NCBI GenBank assembly: GCA_964016885.1
Contig: OZ024754.1
Coordinates: 18,848,001 to 18,912,000, forward strand
DNA: 64,000 bases
From: Eledone cirrhosa
Lineage: Eukaryota
Direction: 5' to 3'
Part shown: positions 37,629 through 51,250 of the stretch, in pieces
Layout: each line of letters starts with the position of its first letter
How positions within the stretch are numbered: the stretch's first letter is position 1
The notes under the pieces: generated by a model
Told to the model about the DNA's origin: nothing
The model's database searches: none
The model's input: the letters and a program-made list of their open reading frames with translations, nothing else
Made by a program: the position numbers and the translations under genes

Positions 37629-39874
37629 TCAACCTCTCAAAGACACCTCTAACCAACACACAAATCAACATTTTAAGTAAGGGCCTGAAATTTACACCTA
37701 CACCACGTAAACCAAACTTCCCCGAAATGAAGGATGACATCATGGAATACTGCCGAAAGCTGCGACTAACGGAATTCTTCCACAACGACACCAACACTGA
37801 AGACGAATCACTGGTTAGAAATAAAAGCAATTTCTGCCCACAAAAGGGAAGAAATAAAGCACTGGACACGTACTGCGAACACATCACCAACTTTCCCTAT
37901 GAAAAAATTACAAATAAACACACGAAATCAAACCTATCTACACACGAATGGGAAGAATTATTCACACTTAGAAACAACCCTGAGATAACTATCAAAGAAG
38001 CCGATAAAGGCAGTACTGTTGTCATTATGAATACGGACTACTATAGGACCCTCGCACTTAACATTTTAGAAAACAACACATACTATGAAAAAACAGAAAA
38101 CTACAAACACACCAAAACAATGGGGAACCTTTTGACCTTACTGAATAAATACCGCAACAGCTTAACCACAAAAGAGTTTAACTATATAAGCCACTTCAAA
38201 TGCAATACAAGCTCTTTTTACGGCTTACCGAAACTTCACAAATGTAAACCCATAAACGATGCATGTGACACCTCAACCAACAATTACATTGAACTAACAC
38301 CACCAGAAGACCTAAAACTCAGGCCAATTATAGCAGGCCCTACATGTGAAACCCACAGACTTAGCAACTTTCTGGACATCCTACTGAAACCCTTTCTACA
38401 ACATATACAGAGCTACATACGAGATGACCTTGACATGCTGAAACACCTCCCTAAAACAGTAAGTGCAAATACAATTCTTGTCTCCTTTGACGTAATAAAC
38501 CTCTACACAAACATACCTCACAACTATGGAATAACAGCAGTCCAATACTGGCTTAACACACACCCATCAGAAATACCGACACGCATCAACACAGATTTTA
38601 TCACTGACGGACTCCGCTTTATCCTACAAAATAACTACTTCACATTCAATGGTTCAACATACAGACAAGTATCAGGTACGGCAATGGGCACGAAAGTAGC
38701 ACCCACATATGCCAACCTAGTCATGGGATTCCATGAACAACAAATATACAGTCAGTCCCTTCTCTTATTTGGAGACTCTTTCCACACACACCTCAAAGCC
38801 AATTGGAAAAGATATCTAGACGACTGCTTTATCCTATGGCAAGAAGACATGAACTCACTTACTACGTTTAAAAACATGATAAACAACATAGATAATAACA
38901 TACAATTCACAATGGAATCCAATCCTAAGGAATTAGCCTTCTTGGATATTCTCATCTCTGTAATAGACGGGAAATTAGATACAGATATATTCTATAAACC
39001 CACAGATTCCAAGCAATACCTCTTTTTCACATCAAGTCACCCAAAACATACAAAACTTAACATTCCTTACAATTTGGCCAAACGTATATGTACCATAGTA
39101 TCAGATCCACCTAAACGGGAGCAAAGACTAAAGGAACTAAAAGGCACCCTTATCTTAAGAGCCTTTCCACTTGAAATAATCAACAATGGAATAGACAGGG
39201 CAAAACACCTAAATCCCCATCAACTTAACAATCCAAAACAGAAAACCACACTCAACACCCTGCCATATGTATCCACTTTCAACCCCAGAAATACCGAAAT
39301 GTTTGATCACCTACACAAAAACCTCCCCATCCTACTTAAAGATGTAAAAATGAAGTCTATTCTTGAAACACACAAGATCCTTAAAAGTAAAAGACAACCC
39401 AAATCACTTAAACGCATTCTCACTGGACCAAATATACCCAAACCAATCCTCAACCCTACAGTTACCAAATGTGGTAGAACAAACTGTGGAACGTGCCTCT
39501 ACCTCACTGAAGGACAAACATTTACATTCAAAGATGGCCAAACATTTACAGTAAAAAACAATTTCACCTGCAACTCGGAGAACTTGATTTACGCAATAAC
39601 TTGCGGTGGGTGCAAACACAACTACATAGGACAGACGGGCACCTCATTACGCAAAAGAATGACCATCCACCGCCAACAAATCCGGGACGCTAACACAAGA
39701 AAAATCCCCTTGAGCAGCCATATTGCGAACTGCGCAGGAATGACACTACCCAACTTTAAAATCTCCCCCTTCTACAAATGCTCAGATTCGTTCACACAAC
39801 AACAAAGAATAAACAAAGAAAATCTATTCCTTAACAAATTTAAACCAAAACTAAGCGGGTTATCACCCCAATAG
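37598..39874 (+). CDS. PLE reverse transcriptase plus GIY-YIG endonuclease
   Basis: LSKGLKFTP, KEADKG, YGLPKLHK, RPII, SFDVINLYTNI, GTAMG, RYLDD, FLDI, FYKPT, CGRTNCGTC, LIYAITC..YIGQT..RMTIH. Confidence 0.96.
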   Translation: MAPPQEKPKIINLSKTPLTNTQINILSKGLKFTPTPRKPNFPEMKDDIMEYCRKLRLTEFFHNDTNTEDESLVRNKSNFCPQKGRNKALDTYCEHITNFPYEKITNKHTKSNLSTHEWEELFTLRNNPEITIKEADKGSTVVIMNTDYYRTLALNILENNTYYEKTENYKHTKTMGNLLTLLNKYRNSLTTKEFNYISHFKCNTSSFYGLPKLHKCKPINDACDTSTNNYIELTPPEDLKLRPIIAGPTCETHRLSNFLDILLKPFLQHIQSYIRDDLDMLKHLPKTVSANTILVSFDVINLYTNIPHNYGITAVQYWLNTHPSEIPTRINTDFITDGLRFILQNNYFTFNGSTYRQVSGTAMGTKVAPTYANLVMGFHEQQIYSQSLLLFGDSFHTHLKANWKRYLDDCFILWQEDMNSLTTFKNMINNIDNNIQFTMESNPKELAFLDILISVIDGKLDTDIFYKPTDSKQYLFFTSSHPKHTKLNIPYNLAKRICTIVSDPPKREQRLKELKGTLILRAFPLEIINNGIDRAKHLNPHQLNNPKQKTTLNTLPYVSTFNPRNTEMFDHLHKNLPILLKDVKMKSILETHKILKSKRQPKSLKRILTGPNIPKPILNPTVTKCGRTNCGTCLYLTEGQTFTFKDGQTFTVKNNFTCNSENLIYAITCGGCKHNYIGQTGTSLRKRMTIHRQQIRDANTRKIPLSSHIANCAGMTLPNFKISPFYKCSDSFTQQQRINKENLFLNKFKPKLSGLSPQ

Positions 39875-40474
39875 AATTGTCATAAAATATAAACACACAT
39901 ACGCACGGAATCACTACTATTAAAGACCAGAGACCAATTCTGTAGAATCAGGTTTATTCATTGACAGACCATGCCTTTGTGTGACCAACACATCCATGTT
40001 AAACCCTGCACGTGCACACACATATATCTATATATATATGCGCACACAGAATTCACCACTGTCGGTTGCGGGGCCCAATCTACATGAAGAACTCAATGTG
40101 ATCAGAATGACTTGTATTTTAATTTCACTGCCCCAACTTCTTATATTATGGAAAAAATATATGTGTCTGTATGTATATATATATATATATATTTGAAGGC
40201 CATTTCTCTGTGTGTGGGTGTATGTATGTGTGTGTGTGTGTGTGTGAGTATGTGTGTGCATGTGGATGTATGTATTGTGTGTGCGTGTGTGTGTGTGTGT
40301 GTGTGTATGTATGTGGGTATCTGGATGTATGCGTATGTGTATATATATATATATATATATGCGTGTGTGTGTGTGTGTGTATATATATGTGTGTGTATGT
40401 GTGTATATATATGTGTGTGTGTATGTTTGTATGTGTGTATGTATATATATATGTGTGTGTGTATGTATGTGTGG

Positions 40475-40481
<7 letters not shown>

Positions 40482-40566
<85 letters not shown>

Positions 40567-40607
40567 ATGTATGTGTGTATCTGGATGTATGTGTATGTAT
40601 ATATATA

Positions 40608-40660
<53 letters not shown>

Positions 40661-40731
40661 ATGTGTATATATATATGTGTGTGTGTGTGTATGTGTGTAT
40701 GTATATGTATGTGTGTGTGTATGTATGTGTG

Positions 40732-40772
<41 letters not shown>

Positions 40773-41276
40773 GTATATGTATGTATGTGTGGATGAAGGT
40801 ATGTGTGTATATATAGGTGTAAGTGCACTAAATCCTTTTCTATCACGCTCCACTCTCCTACCCATCACAGGAAGATATGTGTGTGTATATTGCTTCCACC
40901 CCCTCACTGACCAGCAGCTGGCGATTGCTAAATCTGACCTTTATAAAATAACCCACACCCCAAATAACTTCTCATTCACTACCAGAAAGGGACACAGCAG
41001 TCAACCTGTTGTTGCTACCTAGATGAAAACTGCTATGAAATCCCACAATGAATTTTATACTTGAATTTTCAAGTCTCAAATTTTAACTCTTCGTATTATT
41101 AATTTTTCTTAATATTAATCAACATTTGAAAAGATGGCTTTTGCAGACCCATCGAAACCGGTCATTTTTTATACCCTTTATTATTTCCTTACCTTATAAA
41201 ATTATGTTTTTTCACAAAAAAGTATTCTGTCTCTTATATATTCCATGTGCCATTACCAACCTCAATTTTCTCTATA
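40482..41276 (+). repeat. 3' pseudo-LTR
   Basis: Partner of 35532-36338; the inner boundary lies in microsatellite and is approximate. Confidence 0.9.
41121..41168 (+). ncRNA. Minimal type I hammerhead, U3-A8 variant, GUC site
   Basis: aacat-TTGAAAA-gatgg..ccatc-GAAA-CCGG-TC-atttt; stem I is weak with one mismatch. Confidence 0.65.
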
Positions 41277-41304
41277 ACCTTCGTTTTGTGTAGAAAATTA
41301 CACT

Positions 41305-41348
<44 letters not shown>

Positions 41349-41819
41349 CACTGAAGTTCAAATATAAGACTTCGATTGCTAATCACTAAGGGATTCTCCA
41401 GTTTCGTCTATAGTGGCATTACCAGAGATTAAAGTGAAAAGTCAATATAAAATACCGTTGACACCTTCAAACCAAACAAACATTCGCTATAAAACAGTAG
41501 AAAATATTAAAGAAATTACTTCTATTTCACTCGTTGTCTACACTGTCAGATTAATAAGTCTACTACAAGTCTGAACAGAATAACAAATACTAAATATTTA
41601 TTTTATTTCATTTGATTTCATTTGGTTTCGTTTTACTGGATTTTATTCCTATTTTCGATCCCAGACCGGACGCCATGTTTCATCCTTGAATAAGACATTT
41701 TATTTCACGTTGTTGTAATTCAAAGGACCAGTCCTTCTCAAACACTGTACCACGCTGAATCTCCCCGAGAACTAATTACATGAAAGGTGCCAAATAAGTA
41801 GTTAGAACAACTGGAATTC

Positions 41820-42378
41820 GAACCGAGGTCAACTTTATCTCTCATCCTTCTGCGGTCGATAAAATAAGTACCAGTAACGCACTGGGATTGATTTAATCTA
41901 CTTTCCCATCTAAAAATTGTTGCTCTTGTGCCTAAATCAGAAAACATTATTACTATTATTTGTAGAGCGGTGGATTAGTAGCAATCGTTAGAGCATCGGA
42001 CGCTATGCTTTTCAGCATATAGTTACGTCCCTTTACGTTCTGAGTTCAAATCTCGCTGAGGTTAACTTTGCCTTTCAACCTTACGGGGTCTATAAATTAA
42101 AGCACCAGTAATGCACTGGGGTCGATTTAATCGACGTTACCCGCCCCTCAAATTGCTGGCCTTGTGCCTATACTAGAAATCATTATTTTTATTTGTTGTT
42201 GGCAGTATCGGTAGAGGGTCGGACGCCATGCTTTGACGCATAGAGTTACGGCCCTTGCTATTCTGAGTTCAAATCCCACCGAGATTAACTTTGCCTTTCA
42301 TCCTTACGGGGTCGATAAAATAAAGTACCAGTAATGCACTGGGTAATTGCTGGCCTTGTGCCAAAAGTAGAAACAATT
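41820..42378 (+). mobile_element. Three tandem SINE copies of different ages (~41820-41945, 41964-42182, 42199-42378)
   Basis: Each has the gtcgataaa..aagtaccagt core and ends ..agaaa(c)attatt. Confidence 0.88.
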
Positions 42379-42604
42379 ATTATTATTTGTTGTTGTTGCT
42401 ATTATTGCTGCTTTTGTTGTTGTTCTTGCTGTTGTCTTTTGCGTGCAAACACATTCCTGTACAGACATTAACACAATATAGCGGAGAGGAAGATAGCGAA
42501 AGAAAAGAAGAAGCCTAAAGAATCCAGCGCAGTTTATGTATAGTCAAATATGTCTGCCTTATCTATTTTACTATGGCTTGCTGATAGAGCTGACTTAGTG
42601 ACGT

Positions 42605-42682
<78 letters not shown>

Positions 42683-44046
42683 TGAAAGAGTGGGAAGACA
42701 GAGAGAAAGAGAGGGAATGAGAGAAATGAGTGAAAATGCGCCATCTTAGCTTAATGACGTCGATGCACGATCCTTTAATTCGATTTAAAATACCATCATA
42801 ATAATAATCATCACCATCATCAACACCACAATCATAATCATCATCATCACCACCACAATCAACATCTTCATTACCATCAATACCATCATAATAATTATCA
42901 TCATCATCATATCATCATCATCATCACTATAACCAGCATCGGCAACATCACCATTAATACCACCATAATCATCATCATCATCAATATTAATATCACCACC
43001 ACCACCACCACCATAATCACCATCATAATCATCATCACCATCATCACCACCACCGCCACCACCAACAGAGCTACTACCAACAACAACAACAACAACAACA
43101 ACAGGAAATATGTTGAAAAACTAACTCCAACAACAGTAAAATCAATAGAGACTTTACCAATATCAACTACCACATACACTACCACCAGCACCTCCACCCC
43201 GCATATACTGACACCACCATCACCACCATCACCAGCACTATCATACACTACACCATCATCACCACTACTGCCACCACCACCACAACCGCCACCAATATCA
43301 ACAACCATCACATCTGCTGACACCATCACTACTGTGTAAATAACAACAGCAGTAGATCTATCCTATTATCATCATTGTCATGACAATCGTCATCATCATC
43401 ATCACCACCATCACCACCATCACCACTACCGTCATCACCATCATCATCACCACCACCATCACCACCATCACCACCATCATCATCACCATCTTCATCATCA
43501 CCACCATCACCACCACCGTCATCACCATCATCATCACCATCATCACCATCACCACCATCACCACCATCACCACCACCACTATCATCATCATCATCATCAC
43601 CACCATCACCACCATCACCACCATCATCATCACCATCACCACCATCACCACTAATACCATCGTCATCATCTTCACCATCACCACCACCATCATCACTATC
43701 ATCACCATCATCATCAACATCTTCACCATCACCACCACCATCACCACCATCACCACCATCACCACCATCACCACCATCGTCATCAACATCTTCATCATCA
43801 TCATGTGATGGTGATCATCATCATCATCATCATACAACAACAACAACAACAACAACAACAAACAGAATGCGACAACAGTAAAACTATACCAAATTGGTGA
43901 TCATCCCCGTCATACTGCTCTTCCCCCTCCCCCCACAACAACGCTGACGTTGCATGAAGTAGGAAACATCATCAGAAATAATTCTACCAACCAGATGACT
44001 AACAAGAAGAAACCCAATAATACTGTCACTTCCAGATTTTGGATTA

Positions 44047-44116
<70 letters not shown>

Positions 44117-44134
44117 ACTAACTAATACCACCAT

Positions 44135-44191
<57 letters not shown>

Positions 44192-44201
44192 CACAACCAC
44201 A

Positions 44202-44260
<59 letters not shown>

Positions 44261-44265
44261 CACAT
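42605..44265. repeat. Microsatellite cluster: (GA)n, (CAT/CAC)n, (CAA)n, (TAC)n
   Basis: Directly visible. Confidence 0.9.
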
Positions 44266-45622
44266 TTGCTACTACCATTGTCTAAGGTGTGTTTTGGTTC
44301 ATGATATTCTCCAAAGTGTTAACAGTATTCTCTTGTTCTTTAACTTCCACATATAGCTTGAAAGGGTTGTGGGGATCCTCTATTTACCATTGCGAATCGA
44401 TGAAGTGTTTGTTGCGAATCGATGATTGTCTATTAATATGGATGGTGGCGATGGTGGTGGTGGTAGTGTATTAATGTGGATTGTGGTGTATTAATGTAGA
44501 TGGTGGTGGTGGTGATGTATCAATGTAGATGGTGGTGGTGTATTAAATAGAATGCATTTACCTATTCAATCATCTTTTATTGAAAATATACCTATTGCAT
44601 CGCTAAAGCTTCCACCACCGTGGTGGAATGGCTGATCTGATGGGTATCGCTGGCTGTTCTCCACAGCAATACTTTCTCCATCTTGTCCTTAAGGCTCAGA
44701 CAAGATATCCCTGTCCAGTTAAGGATGTAGAGTTTCCCCTTCACTTCATTTCTCTCCTTTCATTTTCTTTTTGTTATTACGATATGATAAAGGTATTTTA
44801 CAGTTAAGAAAGAGTGAATTCTATTATATATGTTGTTTCTTTCAACTCTTCATTTTACCAGACACTCTGTATCTTCTTTCCCTCTGTTCTGTCATCGAAT
44901 CAGTGAAGGGGAGTGGATGAAAAAAAGAGAGCACAGTGGCTACAGAAACCACACAACTCCACTGTGAAGTGAAAACGCACTTAACACAACAGCCATTATT
45001 GCAGTTTCTCACCCACACTTCTAAGGAACCATTTTATTCACCTCATTTCACAATGCTTCCATAAATATGCATCAAGTAAAAAGAACGTGATGTATCGGTG
45101 GACGAGAAATGAATTGCTAGGTTGAGCGAGTAATGATGTGCAATGAGGAGAGAAGTTAATACAATAAAAGGTAATGTAATGTGATATAATGTAATGTGAT
45201 GTAATGTGATGTAATAAGGCTGGAGAGGTACAAAGGAATACACAACTGGAAAGAAATACAACAGTTTGATGAATTCCAACCATAAATAGCAGATTAATAA
45301 ACAACTACAAAGGGAACAATACTATAACGAGTCAGATGATGGAATGTTGTTGATGGCTTTCGTTGGTTGTAACATTGTGTTACATTGTATGATACATACA
45401 CAGACAGACACGGACAGACAGGCACACACACAGACAGACAGACAGACACACACACACACACACAAATAGACAGACACACACAGACACAGAAACACACAGG
45501 TGTCGTACAAACAAATGAAAAGAGCAATCAACGTATAATAAGAAAGACTTATCCCCTGCGGCAGGACAGGATTGAAACGTCAATGGAACTAATGGTAATA
45601 CAACGGTGAGTGAAACTGTTAC

Positions 45623-45653
<31 letters not shown>

Positions 45654-45734
45654 CCACACACACACGCACACACATACACATACAACCACAAACACACATA
45701 CACAACCACCCATATATATACGCTTGTATATATG

Positions 45735-45765
<31 letters not shown>

Positions 45766-45774
45766 CTGTGTATA

Positions 45775-45811
<37 letters not shown>

Positions 45812-45820
45812 GTATGTATC

Positions 45821-45873
<53 letters not shown>

Positions 45874-45956
45874 TGTATATACTGTATATATATATATATA
45901 TATACTGTATATATATATATATATTAGACACACGTATGTATATATATATATATATA

Positions 45957-46113
45957 ATTGTTTCTACTTTTGGCACAAGGCCAGCAATTACCAGTACATT
46001 ACTGGTACTTTATTTTATCGACCCCGTGAGGATGAGAGGCAAAGTTAACCTCGACGGGATTTGAACTCAGACCGTAAAGGGACGTAACTATGCTAGAAAG
46101 CATGGCGTCCAAC
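45957..46113 (-). mobile_element. tRNA-derived SINE
   Basis: Reverse complement of the family seen at 33854. Confidence 0.88.
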
Positions 46114-46239
46114 ACTTATGTGCGTGAATGAAAGCCCTGACGATGCTTAAGTATTATGTGCTAATATTGAAGTTGAAACGCGTGTAGACATTAACAAAAT
46201 CATTTGTAGTACCTCTTTAAGTGTCAATTGATTTATATA

Positions 46240-46600
46240 TATTCTGTGGTCAGGCCTCAGTGTCTCCTGGCAACCCAACAAACGATGTCTCTGCTCCAAT
46301 GGTCGCGGTCTCTTGTACGTCCTCAGCTTTGAGAAGTGGTATCCCTCACTGGTCACGGTTGTTGTTGATCCGTCTCTTTAGAAGCTGTCCTCTCGATCAC
46401 GTGTTTGTGAAATCTGACCTATAGTAGGCATTGACCATTGTTCCCTCAAGTCTCCTGACTACATGGCCAAACCATCTCAGTTGTCCCGCAATCACACCAT
46501 CTTCAATTGTCTCCAGTCACTCCTAGTCTGCCGTGTATATGCACATTGTTCATCATGTGCCCTCGCATCATCCTTAGGCATTTCATTCCGAACACGCACA
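46240..46600 (-). mobile_element. Decayed RTE-like LINE 3' fragment
   Basis: Minus strand shows VFGMKCLRMM, QLRWFGHVVRR and RDRDHW across frames. Confidence 0.55.
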
Positions 46601-47139
46601 TTCGCAAATACACGCAAACATTAAAAAATCTTCTTTAGTCTTTGAAGTATAAAAGACAAGAAACTCCCAACAGAAATAAGGAGAAATGACAAAGAATGGA
46701 TTTGGAAAATTTGTAAATATTTCAAAAGGAAAATAGGATATGGACAATAAAAATGAAGGACAAATAACAATTCCTACTTTCTCTCATATCTTCCTTTTAC
46801 CACGTTTTCTTAGTCCTTTTTTAAAATTCTTTTCTGACTTCTTTTTTCTTCTATCTTCCGATGAAATATTAGCGCCCGAAACGTTAAAACGGTAGGCTGT
46901 GTCTTGCTAATAAATGTTGTTCTTTTCATTTGTTTCATTGTTTTACACCTGATATTGTCAAGATATATGTTGTAACTTTCTACAGTAAGAACGGGTGCCC
47001 TCAAGTGTTACTAGTAACATGCAATCCAATACAACTTGTTGAATGGTCAAGTTGTCGGCGTCTAAACCGTCAACCCTACCAAGTCTGCTTGATGATGAGC
47101 GAGAAATTAACGAGAGTCAACGACCATCCAATGTCTAAA

Positions 47140-47382
47140 ATGAGTAACCTGGCAGACAACATAGATAAGATCTTCCTACAATATACGACCGTTTCCAGAT
47201 ATATTCCTGTAAGAATGATAACCTAGCAGACGGTATATATTCCTGTATAATGGGTAACCTGGTAGACGGCATATGTTCCTGTATGATGAGTAACTTGGTA
47301 GACGACTTATATTGCTGTGCGATGGGTAGCCCGATAGACGAGATACAATAAGATCTTCGCAACGACCGTTTCCAAATATATT
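47140..47382. repeat. Degenerate 36-bp minisatellite
   Basis: tatattcctgtataatgggtaacctggtagacggca, about 4-5 copies. Confidence 0.75.
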
Positions 47383-47980
47383 TCTCGTTATTGTTTTGTT
47401 TTGTTTCTATATTTATTTTTGTAGATTATATTTGAAGATCACAGAATTAAGAAGATTTAAAATAAAATTGTGCATGGCCGTATGTTTTGTTTTTTGATGT
47501 TGTAATTTCTTTTGTCGTTCTTTACGATAGATTAAATACTTGAGTTACTGAAAAACCTTTTCTTATTGAGTTACGAGATTTAGTAGATTTTTCTCTCCTC
47601 TTATAACATTTTATATGTGAGTTATGTAGTAACAAGGTGAACTAATAAATATAATAGAGAGTAGAGAATCATAAATATAGTTTAGACATGAGATTTAAAT
47701 CTTGTCCTTATCTTCAGTTTTGAGCAGGTTGAATCTATTCATTCAAATTCTAATTTTTCACAGGAATAATTTGTTGCCCTTTTGCTGGCAACAATAATAA
47801 CTGGCTATGAAAAGAGCTGAATAACTCTGCAGATAAACCATCATGATCTTATATAACACAGTATATTCTTTTCTGTCGGTATGGTTTTAAATACTTTTGA
47901 ACGATCGTGGTAGATTTGTCAAGTTCTATTACTGAATCTTCTAAATATACAAATATATGGTGTTTTCGCCCTTCTCCAGT

Positions 47981-48610
<630 letters not shown>

Positions 48611-49016
48611 ATGAACCCATTGTGTTCCACTTCTGTGTGATGTAAGTACAATGCCTTTGAATAAGCTGCAAGAGCTGTTATTTTGATCTGCTGTGTGCTA
48701 AAGTGGTTTGTATTGTTACAATTACATTTCGGTTCATTTTTCTTGTAGTTTCATTATTCTTTTATTGCATGTTTACAATGCTTTCTTATATTTGGTATGC
48801 AGCAATGGCTGCCACTGTAATTAGGTTACTAAAGACGTAAGGCTACTGGAGTACAAGAATTGACACATAACATCATGTCAGCTGTGATTACCAGACAATT
48901 TCCAGTCCATATTGTTTTGCTTGTTGTCTTACTTATAAAACAACGAAGTTATGAATAAAATGGCCTTATGCAATGGTTTCACTTCCGGATTTAGAATTTG
49001 ATAACAATATAAGCTT

Positions 49017-49198
49017 CATTGGCAGTATCGGTAGAGGGTCGGACGCCATGCTTTCCAGCATAGTTACGTCCCTTTACGATCTGAGTTCAAATCCCGCCGA
49101 GGTTGACTTTGCCTTTCATCCTTACGGGGTCGATAAAATAAAGTACCAGTAATACACTGGTTAATTTGCTGACCTTGTGCCAAAAGTAGAAACAATTA
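49017..49198 (+). mobile_element. tRNA-derived SINE
   Basis: Near-identical to 33858-34038. Confidence 0.9.
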
Positions 49199-49609
49199 TT
49201 ATTGTGTTTTAAAGCGAAGATAATACACACACATACACATTTTTTTATGTGTATTTGGTGTATACGTTCGTATGTGTGCGGATATATGTGCCGCGCCGGT
49301 TTACGTACGTGTGCGCGTGTTTATGTGTACGTGCATGTATATGCATGCATGGCGTGTGTTTTCGCGTATGCACATGTACGTATATAGATGTGTGTATGTA
49401 TATATTTAATTATTATTACTTTTATGATTTTAATAACCTCTGTCATTTTCGTTCTACTAATTTATTTACATTATTCTCAACTCCGAAGCCGAGAATCATT
49501 CGGTTTCCTAAATAGAATATTAGTCTACCACTCCATTTATACCATAAACGTGGTTTTGTCTTTGCGTGTAATTATTCTCAGCGCTCCACATAACGACGTA
49601 TTATCTTCG

Positions 49610-49895
49610 CTTTTTTCCGTTCATTGCCAGGGAACGTCTTCACGAACCAAAGTATCGTCTTCCTGTTTTCCTTCGGCTGCAACCTTTTTGAAATATTTAC
49701 TTCTGCGTTTACAGATTGATTTTTTTTAGTTTCAGAAGATCCCATTAAGGGTGAAAGCAGCGATTCTTTGCTTAAACTTTAATATGTTATTTTAATAAAT
49801 ATTTGCTCTAGGTTTCTTATATATCTGATATATATTGATCCTTATCGAGCCCTCTTTGGATTTTAGTCTTCACATTTATTATTATTACTATTATT
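49610..49895 (+). repeat. Interspersed repeat (probable PLE terminal fragment); other copies at 55618-55835 and 59020-59205 (minus)
   Basis: Shared ttcagaagatccc.ttaagggtgaaagcagcgattctttgcttaaactttaat. Confidence 0.8.
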
Positions 49896-49900
49896 ATTAT

Positions 49901-49947
<47 letters not shown>

Positions 49948-50301
49948 GACATCTGTTCAGTCGTCAACCAAAATTAGATTGTTGTCTGCTTTGTTTGAAA
50001 TTTCTATATGTATATTTCTAATAAGTTCTTGTCTCGTTTTGGAGGACTGAGAAGAGGAGTAGCGCGAGGAAGGGTTTAACATACAGTAGTAGTATCTCCC
50101 CTTCCTCCTCTCTCACTTAAAAATCTTCTCTTTCCTCTTCCATTGTAAAGATGTCCCCAGGGGTTCCATTTATTGAAATCCAATTAGCCAGTCCTGTTTC
50201 TGAATATTAACTTAACATGTGTGTAAAGTTTCATCAGGATCGGCTCACTGGTGTAGGCGCCAACTGATTATACACAGATACATAGATACACAGACAGAAA
50301 T

Positions 50302-50337
<36 letters not shown>

Positions 50338-50436
50338 TATATATGCATGCCTAAATATATATTTACATGCATATATACATGCATAAATACATACATACAT
50401 AAATATATATACACACACACACACACACACGCATAT

Positions 50437-50516
<80 letters not shown>

Positions 50517-51007
50517 ATGTGTGTGTGTCTTTGTTATTTAATTCAGTGGGAATAGTTTTAGTGCTGCAAGTGTGACACGGACAAACAAATAGAGATTACA
50601 CGTTGAAAGTTCTATTAATAAATTCTTACTAATTAATCTGTTTAATCGTTTTGACTGAAATATTCATTTGAAAGGTGATCTCATTAGAGCGGTAAACGCC
50701 GAGACTTCGTCTTTAGGTAACATGTATGAGCTATGTCGGCATGGTACAATCCCGTTTCTCTCCTGTTTCTAGACAACAGGCAGAAGTTGGTAGATGTGGT
50801 GTTCAAGTAAAGAGAAATACCTCAAAGAGGAATGGAAACCAGATCGTAGCTTATAGAGAGTCTATATTTACAAAACACTGCTCACGAATTATTACAGTGA
50901 AGATAATTTTATTCTGGTTTTGATTTTCTTAATCCATTCCCAAAGATATCCTTTCATAGCCTTCATATTTCCCTGAGAGAGACAGAGAGAGAGACAGAGA
51001 GAGAGAG

Positions 51008-51082
<75 letters not shown>

Positions 51083-51114
51083 TGGAGAAAAGAGCGGGGG
51101 AGATAGATTAAAGA

Positions 51115-51250
51115 AGAATCCAGTACCGGACTGACACTTTATTTATCGACCTCGAAAAGATGAAAGTCAAAGTTGACCATGGTGTGATTTGAACGTATAT
51201 CACAAACCATTCTATCCGACGTTCTAGCGACTCTGCCAAATTTGACGCCT
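51115..51250 (-). mobile_element. Old SINE copy
   Basis: tttatcgacctcgaaaagatgaaagtcaaagttgacc...atttgaac matches the family core in reverse. Confidence 0.7.

Larger units (their letters stand above)
35532..41308 (+). mobile_element. Apparently intact Penelope-like retroelement (Neptune-like Cys linker) with inverted terminal repeats
   Basis: Two uninterrupted ORFs; near-identical inverted repeats 35532-36338 and ~40482-41276; ~30-nt 3' extension; (TA)n on both flanks. Confidence 0.93.

Noticed and set aside
35532-41276. Long inverted repeats read as DNA-transposon TIRs
   Set aside because: The interior encodes RT and GIY-YIG rather than a DDE transposase; the arrangement fits inverted PLE pseudo-LTRs with a 3' extension.
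44590-44740. Possible LINE 3' fragment (minus-strand WTG..WR motif)
   Set aside because: Too short and decayed to assign.
46850-46895. CCGATGA...GAAACGTTA motif (similar remnants at 58590-58630, 14405-14450 minus, 63365-63415 minus)
   Set aside because: Core or stems are too degenerate to support by eye.
49725-49770. Hammerhead-like CAGAAGA-tccc..gggt-GAAA-GCAGC
   Set aside because: U4 and the UH site are missing and stem I does not pair; at most a remnant, so not called as an ncRNA.
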